63,898 nucleotides of DNA, filler included, from Patellaria atrata CBS 101060 (GCA_010093705.1; 7 parts of 6 records of this genome joined end to end with filler, not necessarily neighbours in it); one strand, 5' to 3'; shown: positions 38,725 through 52,874, counted from the whole stretch's first letter. Notes: generated by a model from the sequence alone, not told the origin. Program-made: numbers and translations.

Positions 38725-40582
38725 ACTTCTCGTAGGATGCCGATCGAATGTTATCACCACACGACCTTAGTTCATGGATGGTAAAGCGCACAATATATTG
38801 GAGGGATCAATGGTTTAGGAGGAGCTCTTGTTATGACGCAGCAGCCCACAAATCCACTTAGGAGTGTGAAGTGAGAACAGAATTTTGACACAAGTTTGTG
38901 AGGAGGAACATGACAAGAGGTGGATAATTGGAGATTGGATGGGAGGAGGGGAATGAGACAAGGGATAACAGGCAGGGAGTAAACGAGCAGTGATGATATT
39001 GGAAATGAGGAAGCAGAAGGAATCGAAACTGAAAGAAAGGGAGCATTTTCGATGGTCAAGGGAAGTGGAAAGGGTGGGAGGATTTCAATAAAGCCGCAGT
39101 TGCTTAGTCAAACAACCCTACCCGAAGGAGAATAACGACACTTGTGGAAGATCTATTAAGCACTATAGGCGTGTACCTGGGTGTTAAGTTTACATGTTTA
39201 TTTCGAATCTTGTTCTCTGGAAATTTGTTACATTCCTATTACTATCTGGCTGATCGCGACGTCTTCAACCAAGGTTTTAGTTTAACCAGCGTCCCATTTT
39301 GAAGGAGCCCTCTTCTATAGCCTGTACTGTATAGAAACTAGCTAGGGCTGGGTGGATCACTTCTCTCAATCTCCAACGTTTCTCTTATACGCAGATATGA
39401 TGAACTGAGATGCATACTTAGCTGAGTCAACTCTGCATGCACACGGCGAGCTTGTTGTACCAATAAAACTGGAGCAGTGAAGGAGTCAGAACCTTAAATA
39501 AGGATAGTACATTGGTTATTTAGAATCTCAGTCCATAACCCTTTTCGTTCTCTTGTAATACGATCTCTTGGTCGTATCGCACTGGGCGGGTGAAATGTGA
39601 GGGAACAAGCTTAAGCCAATGTTCTTCCAGTTAAAAGAAGTAATACGTTGGTTGACCCTTCCAAAGATGCACGTTTCCGATTCTTACTTGTCTCGTCATT
39701 CCATTCTCCACCTTCCAGCACGTAACCCGCTTTAAGTCTCCTCTCCGGCGATTGATGTACGATGTTCCGGGCTGGCTTCTTGTATAATGAGAGAAAGTAG
39801 CGAGGGCTGCGGATTGCGCCGGGATGCATCCGTTTTGATCCTCTTATTCATTGACGGCCAGATCATCGTGCAGTTCATAGTTCTCGTCATCCTAGACCGT
39901 GTATTTAGTTAGCAACGTCACCCCTGGAAGTTGAAAAACGGGACACACTGCTTCTGACGCTGGCCGCTAATAGATTAGTGGGTCTTTCACCATTGCATTA
40001 CCCTCGGAACGAAGTAACAGCTCCGGGGTTTGCGAAGCTGAAGATCGGGGGAAGCTGGTTACATTGTGCTTGGGGCTTTTTGAAACCCCCCTGGACGGAC
40101 TGATGGTTCTGATTCATTGGCGCTACCTGCGAGGTGGAGTAACGTTGGTGGCGATGGTAACTCGAAAGCAAGGCGTCGAGATTTCCATAGCCTTGCCGAC
40201 GCGTCTTTTTAATATTGGCGAGAGGAGATCCCCCTAAATTGATCAGGCCGATCCAACAATGTGTGGCTTGGAAACCATGTCGAACCTATTCCCAGGACAA
40301 GCCGGATCATAACTCATTTTAGGAGCGTTGCATAGTACTACCCTACCAGCAGTCAACGCTTTACTGCAGGAGGTATTTGTCATAAAGGGCGGGATACTAT
40401 ATTAACGAATGGTGGCTGCATCTACATATCGCTTGCGGAGACGGTTATGATGGTTTACGGCGCAAAGGAGCAGATGAGAACTGGATGCTATGAATTGTTA
40501 GATTATTTTAAGTGACCGTAGTAGACCTCTTTCTCCCCTCGCTCTACTTCAAGAACTAACTTCAGTCAACTTTTATGTAGCA

Positions 40583-41701
40583 ATGGCGGCGATAAAGGAA
40601 AGCCCGACGCAAGCTGAGGAAGATAGACCGCATCCGAATCAAGATCAAATGGTATGAACTTGAGTAACTTGAATACTGACCAGCTTACTGACATCTATAT
40701 AGAAGTCAATATGCTCTGAGCGCCCTCCACAAAAGTTGATCGTGGTGAAAAATGGCAACCATCGTCTTGAATTGCCCATGAAAGGATTGGACACCTTGGA
40801 AGTGAGCGCTCTTTCTGTGATATTGACGGGTCGTTAATTTAATTAGGCGGCCGAGGAAGCATTCCTAAAGACACAGTTCGGGCTCGATACCTGTTCCTTT
40901 TCGCATAATGGAAAAACTGTCAACGAGGAAGACTGGAAATTGCACCTTCAGGATAGTAGAGATTTAGAAGTTACCCTACTTCTTCCAAGTCAGAAGCTAT
41001 CCGGTGATTACGTACCCGCGCCAGTACATGTGTACCCAGGACCTCCGCCTCCACTTCCACCTTTTCTCTCAGTTAAGCTCCACTATAATCAGAACACGCC
41101 TCTGAATTGGGAGTATGATCTTCCCTTTATCCGATCACCGGAAGACTTTCTTAAGCACACCGATCGCTTTATATTAGCTTCTATGCCTGCACTCACACCG
41201 TCCATAAGCCCCAGCATCGCGATTATTATTGAAAACCCAAAACCGTTACCAAATCGCCTGAACTGTTACAAGGAGATTCTGATGAAGGGTCTTATTGACA
41301 CTTGGTGTGATCGATTGGGTCAGCTTTGTTACTCACCTTCCGACGAGCCCGACACCTGCCGTGTGGTTATCGACCCAGTTCTTAGAGAGCCAAAGTTATA
41401 TGAGCTATGTGTGAAAGAAGGACTTGCCCCAACGCTTTGGAGCATTCAATCGTCAGCAGCATCACGGTCTGACAACCGTCATTACCGGCTTGTGCAAGCA
41501 GGTGATCTCGGAGGCGTATTGTACGAGATTTTTCATTGTGCTAACAAAAGAATCAATACCCATGCTACGTTCATGATTGTAGCCATATCGGAGCGTACCC
41601 TTGCATTAACAGAGACAATGGCGAGTATGGGAGCAAACGTGGAGTATTTAACACAGGCAGTGAAGGACGGCAGCTACATCAATAACTTGATGATTTACTG
41701 A
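40583..41701 (+). CDS. Hypothetical protein (multi-exon, main ORF 253 aa)
   Basis: MAAIKES.. exon with GT-AG introns leading into ORF 40940-41701; no family recognised. Confidence 0.5.
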
Positions 41702-42521
41702 ACTGGGGGACCTTTATGATTTCAGAGTTATTCTCACTTTAGGTTGTAACGTAAAGGCTAGAGCGTAGGTCTATTCACTACTTATCCAGAGCTCCGAGAT
41801 TAGACATCAAGCAAAAGTTATAGTGAGTTAACATCCTAGATCTGTATCAACAATTTCCGTGTCAACCTTGCTAGAAGTATCTGTTCAACGCTGGACCGGG
41901 TTCTGAGTCCGATCTACTGTGGTAGCATGTTGTAAAGTGACGTTAGTGTCATCATTCAAACAATCTTTTGGTCTTCAATACCCGCTGTCGAGGCGTTCCA
42001 CAATACCCTCATCCGCATTCCCGGTGGTCGATAGCTCGCGGGCACTCTCGCCATCGTTGGAGAGCTCTGGTCATATTAGAGACAGTTTCGGAGATTCTCG
42101 CACAAATAAAACTAACCCGTAGTTTTGAATTTAACTTTACTCATCCGCCAATGAATTACTCTATCGTTAATTTGTGGCACACCTTCCTTGGTAAGACCTT
42201 CGTTGACTCGATCTAACAGAAGTTGTTGTTGGCGTCTTGGAACATCTTTCCATGACTTGATACCTGATAGTGCTTGTGCCCTATCAGAGTCCCAATACGG
42301 TTCCTCATTTAATACGAGTAAATCAGCTTCGGCTTTAGTGATAAACTATCGGTGATTAGAGCGATATTATATAGGAACGGGAAGTAACTACCAGAAATTT
42401 TCTCCACGTAATCATATCAAAGCGTGTAGCAAGTCTAACATCAGAAGATGAGGACTTAGTTGTAATAAAGTCCATGTTGCTGCTTTCCCTGTTTGCTATA
42501 TGGTGTTAATGAGGTTGGTTA

Positions 42522-42566
42522 GGCGAAAATGGCGAAGATGGCGAAAATGGCGAAGATGGCGAAAAG
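42522..42566. repeat. 9-bp tandem repeat (GGCGAARAT)x5
   Basis: ggcgaaaat ggcgaagat ggcgaaaat ggcgaagat ggcgaaaag. Confidence 0.9.
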
Positions 42567-43070
42567 TGCAAACAGGACCACCTCCGCCTCCCGGACCTCA
42601 AAAAGAGGCTTAGGCGTGCGGCTAGTTCGAGCCGCTTCACAACGTATCCTACCGTGCAACCAACCGTAACTTATCTACCTTACTTTGTTATTGCCCAGAA
42701 CAGCACCTCCTCTTAGTCTCGATATTCACGGAAGGAAGCATACTCCAACATTACATAAATAAACGCCCGTCGGAGCATTCGAGGTCAAAAGTCACGTCTT
42801 AAGCTGGGAAATCAGAACATCGTGTCAAGGTTCAGCGGGAACAACTGGAGTTATTATCTCGCTAGACTCGACCATAGCTAAGTTGAACGGGAGTAGAGGC
42901 ACTTGCAAAAAGAGCAACGTTGGCTAAAGATTTGGTAGGGAGACAATCCATTGCATTCAACTCTCTAAGTGTCTTACGTACGTACCCAAGTTTGAAGGTT
43001 GATTGTGGCATATTTGACTCCTTGGAAAAGCAACAACTTTCTAACGAGATACGTTAGCTTCGAATGTCCC

Positions 43071-44272
43071 TCATGTCTTCCGAGACTTTGCCCCACGCCT
43101 TCCTTTGCCGGTTCTGTTTGAATGGTTGCTAGACTGGCTTGGAGTGTGGTAAGCTGCATTATCTTCCACGAAGGCTTGCAGAAGCTCTTTGCGTTTCCTC
43201 GCTAAGCTCTCGCCAAACTCTTGCGCGTTACGTAGATGTTTGCACGCGTCTCGAAATGTATTATAGTCTTGAATTACATCATCGCGAATGACACGGTGTT
43301 GAGAGTACACTACATGTGGTTCAAAATTCCGGGAATCTACGATACATTAGCGATGTATGAAGAGGAATACTAAAAAGTCAACCTACCGCCGGAAGTTTCT
43401 ATATCAGTACCATAGTTAGCGTATATATTTAGCTCGATTCCGTTGAAAGTCGCAGTGATAGCTTGAGTTTCCCCGTAAGGAGACGTCAAATTGGCTGGGT
43501 GTAAGTACGTTAAAGCGTATGCAGACTGAGCTACAGAACTGTGGGTCATCAGTGCGCCGTCATATCCAGCCTGGATCTCGGCTGTTTGAAGTCCTGCGCC
43601 CGTATTTTTGATCTCCACGGCGAAGGCAGGCATCATAAAATCGTAGTCTGAGGGTTGGACTTCACCCTCTAGCGTTTCTTTTGCTTCTTGAGGAAGATGT
43701 TCAGAAGTGTATGCCTCGAAAAAATCCGGCTTGGCATGAGGAAGCTCTCTTGTGAGTTCATTACACACATTGTTGAAGATGTGCTCCGAGTATTGGTTGT
43801 ATCCGGGTGCCTTTGGTGTCTTAGCGAGCGTGGAGTAGAGCGTTGACTTGCAAGTTGCTTCGTTCTGTTTCTTGCTCGCAATCTCACGGTATCGCTCGAA
43901 CTCCTCTTGGGTTGGTTGGGGAGATTCTCGCGACCGATCGAAATATTCTCGAACTTTTGCGATATCGCCGGGAGGTTTTGCGTAGGAGTAGCGATACTCC
44001 ACATCATTTTTCAGTAGTTGTTGGCCAAATACGACACTGCTACTACTTGTAGTCCTGCTTCCGTTCGAGATACCAGTTGACGATCTCTTGCGGCTCCCCA
44101 TGTCGATATCGTGAAGTTTAAGGTTATGCGCAGTCAGTCGAAATCGTTTTCGAAGGGGCGGAGTTGGATACCGGTATTCGTCATTAATGCTTCCTGCATA
44201 TATTAGAGACAGTACCTGGGAATCAGTGATACCGCAAACCTCTAGACCGAGTTGTTTCAGTATCCTCCTCAT
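43071..44272 (-). CDS. Fungal accessory protein with PD-(D/E)xK-like motif
   Basis: LPHAKPDFFEAY..MPAFAVEIKN..AEIQAGYDGALM..AITATFNG; second exon 43071-43330; start uncertain (an in-frame TAG lies just upstream). Confidence 0.6.
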
Positions 44273-45902
44273 CAGCTAGAACACGCTTTCGCTTGCGGTT
44301 TGAGGCAGGTTGAGCGAACCGCTTCGCCTTGCGGATAGTCTCTGAGCGCAACTGCATCTTGATACCATCGAAGATGAAAGGGTGCGCTTTATAAATGAGG
44401 GGGACGGCTTAGATGAAAGATGAGGTGGACGTGGCGGGATGGCTCGGCGTTGTGCCAAGATAATAGAATCAACGTACTGAGGTAAGGTATCCCTGTTCGC
44501 GCAGATATATCTGAAGAAGTTCACGGCAAGCGCTCACAATGTGCGTAACGCTTCGGAATCATTCTTGAGTTCATAATAAATCAACAGAAAAAAAGAAAAG
44601 ACCGAAAATCCTCACCTCCTATGGGCCTAGTTCTAATAGGGAGTTCTGCAGCTAGAGGGTCGATACGGTTAATTTTGTGTTAGCTATCATCTCCTCGTAT
44701 GTAGCGATCCTCAGTATGAAAGTGAGTAATAATATCATGGAAGCCGCGAATATCGCTGACAATGCTAACAGAGACCTGCAAAAAGGACGCTATCATCGAA
44801 TTGAGGGATACTTACCGATGGTGGGACCGCGAAAATGCTGCACATTATAGACGTATCGCTCTACGTAGGAATACCACTCTATGCATGCACATGTGCGGCG
44901 GCACCCAAGAATGACTATATGTCCTCTATATCTGAGACGCAAGGGAGGATGCTCCTGGAAGAAGGCACGTTTCGACCCACGCTTGTGAGCAAACACGGGA
45001 GGAAGGGTCGATAATTGGATAGTTGGGGTGAAAGAGGGGAGGGTTCTATGGTCGGGATATGCAACGTCAAAAGCGGCAGCTGCTTAATCGGGCAGGTTTT
45101 AGATACATCCATCTAGGCCAGTAGCTTTATTGACGAAACGTTCGCGTCTTGCACTCCGTTATTGTGGCATTATCACTGTTCCAGTAGGAGAAGAAAGCCA
45201 CTCTCTCTGGATTAGGGCAAAAATCAAAGGATTGTTAGGCAATGACAAATAACTGTGACCTAGAGGCACTTCAAACGTACGGATTCAAGCTAAGTGAGTA
45301 GCTGAGAATGTCTTATCGTCCTCAAAACCTCGTCAATGAACGGAACACGCTGATTTAATCGGCCGGAAGGTGCTAGACTTTATTCGAGGACGGAAATACA
45401 GCAATCATGGAAGGTTGTAACGTAAGCGAGTCCTCCTTCGAGCCTACATAGCATATCTGCCGCCCAAATCGCAATAGTTTGGGCCTTTCGTTCCTTCCGC
45501 CCTCCGTGGAGCTTAGATGCTTGAATCAGAGTTTCGGACAGCCAGCAGCACTCCATTTGGATGACCACTATGACCCTGAATGCTCTACTAGCCACAAGTC
45601 CAGCGGGTGACTTATCAAAGAGGTAGTCATGAAATACGACGAAGAGTAAAGGGGACACTCCAGGCTAGACTAACTCTATTACGCAGCAATGATCCTCCAT
45701 GTCCTAACTCACACGCTGCCACAAAGGATCAAGGATTCCCAGAATTTCAGAATAAGCGGGTGCACTTTCCCGAGCCGTAGTAAGCAGGTCTGGGCAGAGG
45801 TTCTGTACGTGTATATAAGGCATAGAACCTGAAATCCGCGACGCAAACTTCCCTTCCACAAATTTTCGCCCCTTGCAATTCAGTCAAATCTCATACACCA
45901 GC

Positions 45903-46577
45903 ATGGCCAAGCTCGCGAATCCCAGTCCAGCAAGTCTAATCCCATTCGTTTCTCCGTCTGGATATCCGAGTAGTCGACTTCAAGACAGGTCAATCAATTA
46001 CTCGCTTTCTATTGCAAACTCCGACGGGGACACGAGTATGTGACAGCTTCTCACAAAAGATTTCTTTGCAGCTAACTAATAATCCATAGCATGTGCATCA
46101 TATAATATCGCCAATCAACTCCACGCCCATACTCCTTCGGCGGTCTCTCCAAACGGACCCGGTAATGAAGTGATTCATTATTGCCGGTTCACGGTTCCAA
46201 AAGAGACGGAAGTCACTGTCACAATAGTTCGCTGTCCACACGGGTCTGCATTCTTGACCGAGGGGGTGACTGACGCTCAGCGTCACAACGTCACCAAAAT
46301 CTCTCCAGACAGGTATCTGTGGATACAAGCGCGCGCTACGTGTGGAGAAAAGCCGCTCTCAAGGCGACGCGGAAGACCAAGGCGTCGTATTCGCGAACTG
46401 TGGACTGAACAGGAGATTGAATGCATGAAGAAAATAAAGAATAATGTAACTGAGGGCAATGGAATGGACTGGGATAGCATTTGCAAGAAGTTTCCAGGGC
46501 GAACTGGCCCTGCTGTGAAGACACGGTACTTACTCAACGCAATGCTCTTGAATCTGGCAAATGAGAAGGGCTCTTGA
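45903..46577 (+). CDS. Small AT-hook plus Myb/SANT-like protein, copy 1
   Basis: MAKLANPSPAS.. exon, intron, then RRRGRPRR and WTEQEIECMKK..MDWDSICKKFPGRTGPAVKTRY; 3' end may be spliced. Confidence 0.6.
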
Positions 46578-47050
46578 TATGAACTCTTTGATATCGATTT
46601 TCTTTTGTCTGCGTTTATCAACTGCTTCCCTAGAGATTTTACTAGTACACTATCCCAATTTCTATCGTATTTCGAAGTATACTTTGCAATCCTACTTTAC
46701 TCAACTCTGCCAACTCAGCAGATGGTTTCAACACCGCGATAATCGGAACGATAAGACCAAGAGCCATGCAACCCTGCCTACTCGAAAGCGAGATATACAG
46801 GATTTACTGTGGGCCAGCTGAAGTACATAGTGTCATGAAAACACAATAATTTAGGCGTACTCATTGTGAACAAGGGTTATGGTTAGAATTAGGAAGGCGC
46901 TTACGCGGGCGCTTGCGCAGATTTATCAGTTCTAGTTTCCAAGAACTTGAAACCGCAAAAACGTTTCGTGAAACAAGGTTCTTACCGTTCTCAGTAGAAA
47001 CGCGCTTAACTGAACAATGTGTTCAACAGTTTAACCCAAAATCAAGAGCA

Positions 47051-47490
47051 ATGAAGGTAAAGATGCCTAATAGTGCTATTTTCCAGTGCGCAGCTTGCAA
47101 AACTACTTTTAAAAGAAGATGGAATCTTCGACAGCACGAGAAGACTCACTTACTCGAGCGGACGCGATATAAGTGCGATGAACAGGACTGCACTAAAAGC
47201 TTCCTTAGAAAAGAGGAGTTAACGCGACATATCAACACAGTAAGTAATGTTTGTCGAGATAAGCAACAAACTAAATATAATATATTTCTTTTATACAGGT
47301 CCATCTAGATAGAGAATTTCCGTTTGAATGCCGAAATTGCGGAAAGAAATACAATAGAAGTGATACTTTATTAAGGTAGGCTTCAGTATCAGTTAAATAG
47401 TATAGATAATACTAATTAGATAGACATTTTAGAAACATCTGCTCACATATATCTAAGGTGGAAGTGAAAATCGAATTACACGAGTCTTAA
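47051..47490 (+). CDS. Small triple C2H2 zinc-finger protein, 3 exons
   Basis: FQCAACKTTFKRRWNLRQHEKTH; YKCDEQDCTKSFLRKEELTRHINT|VH; FECRNCGKKYNRSDTLLR|HFRNIC. Confidence 0.75.
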
Positions 47491-47700
47491 CTCCATTAGA
47501 GTAGTCTTCCTCGCGAAAAGAGTCCATTTGATTAAGCTATCTATATATATTATACCTAAAATACATTCAAAGGATAACGTCGTGAAGAATGGAACCTTCA
47601 TCGTCAATAATTCTAATTCGTAATCAACAGGTCATAATGATGAAACAGTAATCAGCTATCGCCTTCGGACAATTCGGAGTATCTTTGATCACCGTTAACC

Positions 47701-49054
47701 CTTGGAGAGAGCTACAAGCTGGCAAGATTTGCATAACATCTTGCGAACCATTTTGGGGACAGATCCAGGAGGACAGAACAAGGATAAGGAAAAAGCATCA
47801 AAGCAACATGATAAACTAATCAGAGACCTAGAATCAGGCATGAAGGATGGGCTGGTCAGTGCTTACTACACTGATGGGTCAAAAGAAGGCAACAGAAATG
47901 CTGCAGGAGCATGCCAGATAGGAAACAATCAGCGCATTTTGTTTGCCAGCAACTGAAACTTAGGGGATAGCGTTGAGATTATGGATGCAGAGCTATTTGC
48001 CATCCTCAAAGCACTTGAAAGAGAAAAGACCCAACGTGAGAAGGGACAATCCATGCCAAAAACCTATGGGTTTTTGTGGACAGCCAGCAGCACTCAAGAG
48101 GCTACAAAAGAACAGCCTTGATGGAGGACAAGAATTAAGTGTGCTGATAACTGACCTATGCAATACTCTTACCAATGAATGGGAAATGAAAATTACCTTC
48201 AGCTGGGTTCCTGGCCATAAGAACATCTTTGGGAATGACATAGCAGACAAGCTGGCTAAAAAGGGACTGGGCGGCAAGCCTATAGGCACTTCATTCACAT
48301 CACTCAGTTATATTAAACGAAAATGCAAGGAAAAGATCTTATCTAATTGGAAACAAAGCTGGGAAGCTAATAGCAAGAGACAAGGTAAACACTATACACG
48401 CATTTGCAGAGATCTTGTGCGTTTCTCACTCGGTATACCCAAATCCAATGTCCAGAAAAAGATTCAAGCAGCCTACTTTGAACTTAAGACTGGTATTGGA
48501 TTCTTCAAGTCTTACTCTAAGGTGATTGGGAAAGATGAAGAAGGGAAGTGCTTCAGAGACTGTCAATCACTTCAAACACCAACACCCCTTATTTTACATT
48601 GTGCACACTACTCTAAAGAGAGTAAGGAAATCAGGAGGCAACTAAGATCAAAGCTAACAATACAAAGCTTTTTTGCACAAAGTTAGGCAAACAGGTGTTA
48701 TTTAAGTATATAGCAAGAACTCCAATCTCTACTGCCAGATGGCTGATGCACGTAGGAGATGTAGACAGAGTCTACAGAAGATAACAAGATGTATGGCATA
48801 TAACTGGAAATAGAAAAGAGATGGTAAAGAGGAAGAAAGATGGTTTCCAACAATTCCTTTATATGGAATTTAAACGTCCTAACTTTCCTTTGCATATAAA
48901 ATATCAGTGGGTTAAGCCACTGAAGACTTCACTAAGCATATGAGGGCCCTGAAAAGGGATTTATGTATATAGGGAGTTGCGCCATAGCTTGAAGGCTGCA
49001 TGCGCAGTATTGCAGATAATACAACACAAGGGAATAAAAAAAAAGAAAGAAAAA
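47701..49054 (+). mobile_element. 5'-truncated LINE (Tad1-like): RNase H, C-terminal Cys/His region, 3' UTR, A-rich tail
   Basis: YYTDGSKEG, AELFAILKAL, WVPGHKNIFGNDIADKLAK, LILHCAHY; frameshifts; poly(A) at 49036-49054. Confidence 0.88.
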
Positions 49055-49295
49055 GGGGTAGCTATGAAATACAACGAACAGACTGAACCTATTGATCCTC
49101 CATGCCCCTAATGGGATCGAGGATTCCTCAGCATTTCAAAAAAAAAGTGGCTGAACTTTGCCGCGCCGTAGGAAACAGGCGCTTGGCAGAAGTTTTGTGC
49201 GTATATATAAGGCACAGAACCTGCAAGCCGCGACACAAATTCCCCTTCCACAAATTTTCACCTCTTCTAAATCAGTCAGGATTTCATATACCAGC

Positions 49296-49975
49296 ATGGC
49301 CAATCTCGCGAACCCCAATCCAGCAAGCTGGATCCTACCTGTTTCTCAGTATGGAGATCAGAGCAGTGGTAGAATTCACGACAGACCAATCAATTGCTCG
49401 CCTTCTACTGCAAACTGCGACGGGAGCACGAGTACGTGTCAGCTTATCGCAACGATTTCTTTACAATTAACCAATAGTCCATAGCTTGCGCATCACATAG
49501 TATCAATCAGTCCCCCGACCAGACCCCTTTGGTGGTCTCTCCAAGCGGACTGTGCAACGAAGTGATCTCTTATAGCCGGGTCATGGTTCTAAAAGACACG
49601 GAAGTCATTACTACAGTAGTTCGCTGTCCAATCGGCCCTGTATCCTTGATGGAGACGGTGACTGACAGTCAAAGCCACATTGTTATCAAGGTCTCTTCAG
49701 ACAAATGGCTGCTCATATAAGGGCGTAGGACGTGTCCAGAAAGGGGGGTAGATACGGCGCAAAGAGAAGAAAAAAGATTACCGAGGCGACGAGGCAGACC
49801 AAGGCGTCCTATCAACAAGCGATGGACTGAAGCCGAGCTTTTATGCATGAAGCATATGAAGATGGGAGTACATGAGGACCATGGAGTGGACTGGGAAAGC
49901 ATTTACAAGGAGTTTCCTGAGCGATCTCCCGCTGCCGTGAAAGCACGGTACTACTTAACGCAATGCTCTTGATTA
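49296..49975 (+). pseudogene. AT-hook plus Myb/SANT-like protein, copy 2 (in-frame stop)
   Basis: Diverged duplicate of 45.8-46.6 kb; RRRGRPRR..WTEAELLCM..VDWESIYKEFPERSPAAVKARY; TAA at 49718-49720 where copy 1 has CAA. Confidence 0.6.
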
Positions 49976-50172
49976 AGGTAGCAGGGAAGGACTTTGGACC
50001 TTACCTCTTTGATATCTACGTTCCTTTGTCTTAGTACATCCAACTCTTCTCTGGTAGTGCAAAGGAAATCAGAGGTAGTGAGTAGTCGTTCGAGGCCACA
50101 GAAGCGGGTAGTGATTTTACTACTATAATACTCCAATCTTTATCGTAATTCCAATTTATCCTTTTATTGAGA

Positions 50173-50879
50173 ACAATCTGCAGCAAAGACAAGGAAAACA
50201 TTACACCCAAGTGTGTAGAGCAGCAATCTCATTCTCAACCAATCATCGATCCCAAAATATCCAAAGAGGACTCAAGCAGCATTCTTTCAGCTGAAGAGTG
50301 GAGCAGGCTTCTTCAAGTCATACTCCAAGAGAATTGGAAAGGATACCGAAGGGAAATGTTTTGGAGACTGTAGGTTTATCTAAAGCCCAAGACACCTAAT
50401 TCTTCACTGCAAACATTACTCCAAGGAACGCAAAATCATGGAGAAGCAGCTAAAGTCAAGAATGACATTAACAAAACTCTTTTATACAGAGAAGGGGAAA
50501 GTACTCTTCTAATACTTACACAAAACGCAATCTCAACAGCTAAATGGCTAAATGGCTGCTATATAAAAGAGAAATAAATGAAGAAGAACAAGAAACATAC
50601 TAAAAATGATAGTATACAGGGGAAAAACTAGATTGATATATAATGCAGGGAATTGAAGAGCAAAGGACACAGTGGAGTTGGTTCAGTTTTTCTAATGCTT
50701 GGATTAGACTATAAAGTTTGGACAACTGGAGAGCTTCACTCCTCAGGCACTCTCACTAGACATATTATTGCCCTAGGATAGGGATTTATGTAGATAGAAG
50801 AGCAGCGCCATAGCCTAAGAGGCTACATGCGCAGTATTGTAGATAATGCAATACAATGGATAAAAAAAAAAAAAAAAAA
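50173..50879 (+). mobile_element. Second 5'-truncated LINE 3' end with poly(A)
   Basis: QAAFFQLKSGAGFFKSYSKRIGKD..LILHCKHY parallels the first LINE; shared 3' UTR gggatttatgta..catgcgcagtattg; A-tail to 50879. Confidence 0.85.
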
Positions 50880-51109
50880 CTGTCATGGCTTAACCTCAGA
50901 TGAAAGCTGAAAGGTATATTGTTGTATGTACATGAAGCTTAAACTTAAGGAAAGAAAGTGTCGAGACAGCATATGCTATTCTACTAAAGTACAGTGTGAC
51001 TAAGCCGCTGGGTCATCCAAGGCACTTATACTTATCGGGTCTAACTCGTGACAAGTACCCTTTCTCTCGTCGAGCGTCGAGCACCGATCACTTCAATTAC
51101 GTGACCTCT

Positions 51110-51204
51110 TGTTAGATGGTGGAGCTATCGGGGTGTTGATTCTTGTGGTAACCAGGGGTAGTGAGCTAGTCGCTTATACCACCACAATTACGGTATCGTC
51201 GTAA
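51110..51204. mobile_element. LTR terminus (family C), starting TGTTAGATGG
   Basis: Identical to 54248-54341; both truncated by gaps. Confidence 0.75.
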
Positions 51205-51304
51205 NNNNNNNNNNNNNNNNNNNNNNNNNNNNNNNNNNNNNNNNNNNNTTAATTAATTAANNNNNNNNNNNNNNNNNNNNNNNNNNNNNNNNNNNNNNNN
51301 NNNN

Positions 51305-52874
51305 TTTCTTTATTTAAATTTAATAAAATATTTATTTTATATTAAATTTTATAAATATCTTTATTTATTAAAAATATATTAATATTTCTTTAATTAAAAG
51401 TAATAAATATTTATTCTTTTTAATAATATTATTTAACTTTTTATAATTAATATATAATTTTTAATCTTTTTTTAACTTTTTAATAAATAATATTAAAAAT
51501 ATATATAATATCTTATTTAAAATAATAAATTTCTTTTAAAAATATTATTTTAAATAATTTTTTATTAATTATAAATATTTAATAAATATATTATATAAAA
51601 AATTAATAGTAAAATTATTATTTTAATTTAATATTATATTATAATCTATATTTTCTCTAAATAATAATAATTTATTAAATATAAATTTCGAGAATATTTA
51701 AATTAAATAATAATATTTTTTAAATAATTTTTTATAAATTATTATTTTATAAATATTTTTATTTTTATTTAAAAAATTTTATCTTTTAAAAGTTAATTTT
51801 ATATTAAAAAGTTAATTTTATATAAATTTATAATATTTATAATAATATTTTTATATTTTATATTTTTTAAATAATTTTCTCTATTAATTAAATAAATATT
51901 TATATAAATTTTAATAATATTAATTTATTTATTTAACTTTAATTTTAATTTTTTAAAAAATTTTAATATTTTTCTTTTTATTAAATTTAATAGTTTTAAT
52001 TTTATCTTTTAAAGATTAAAGTTAATATTTTTAATTTATAAATTTAATTATTTTTATTAAAATAATTATAATTTTTTTCTTTAATTAATTAATATTTTCT
52101 ATTAATTATATTTTTATTTATTAATAATTTTATTTTATTATTTTAAATTAAATTAATATTATAAATTAATTATTTTCTTTAATTTATATTTAAAAATTAT
52201 AATATTTTATTATTAATTTTTTATTTCTAATATTTATAATAGTTAAAAGATAAATTTATATTAATAATTTAATAAATTTTTTATTTTAAAAATTATTTTT
52301 AATTAATTAATAAATTATTATTATTTATATTTATTATTAATATTAATATATATTATTAATAATTTTTAAATATAATATTTTCTTTAAATATCTCTTTAAT
52401 TAATATTATTATAATATTATTAAAAGTTATAATATTAATATATTATTTTATTTTTTTTATTTTAATTTTAAAATATTATTTAAAAATTAAAAGTTATTTT
52501 TTATATAATAAAATATATTTTTAAATTTTAATATTAATTAATACTTTTAATTAAATTATAATATTATTATTTAAAATTTATTATAATTTTATAAATAATA
52601 CTTTATTAATTAATTTATTAATTAATATTTTTATTATTTTTATTATTAATTTTAATATAAAGTATTTATTTAAAGTTTATTATTTTTTAACTTTTAATTA
52701 TTATTTAATATAATAGTTAATTTAATATTATTTTTTTAAATTATTTTAAATTTAATAATTTTTTTTAATAATTTATAATTTATTTTTTAATAATTTATTT
52801 TATTATAATTAAAATATTTTTTTATAAATTTATATATTATTATTATTTTAATTTATTAAATTATTATAAATATA
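51305..52874. repeat. Extremely AT-rich, fully RIP-eroded repeat relic
   Basis: Almost no G/C over 1.57 kb yet not a simple tandem repeat. Confidence 0.7.

Noticed and set aside
41760..42475. Minus-strand multi-exon gene remnant
   Set aside because: Several stops and no identifiable family; too weak to annotate
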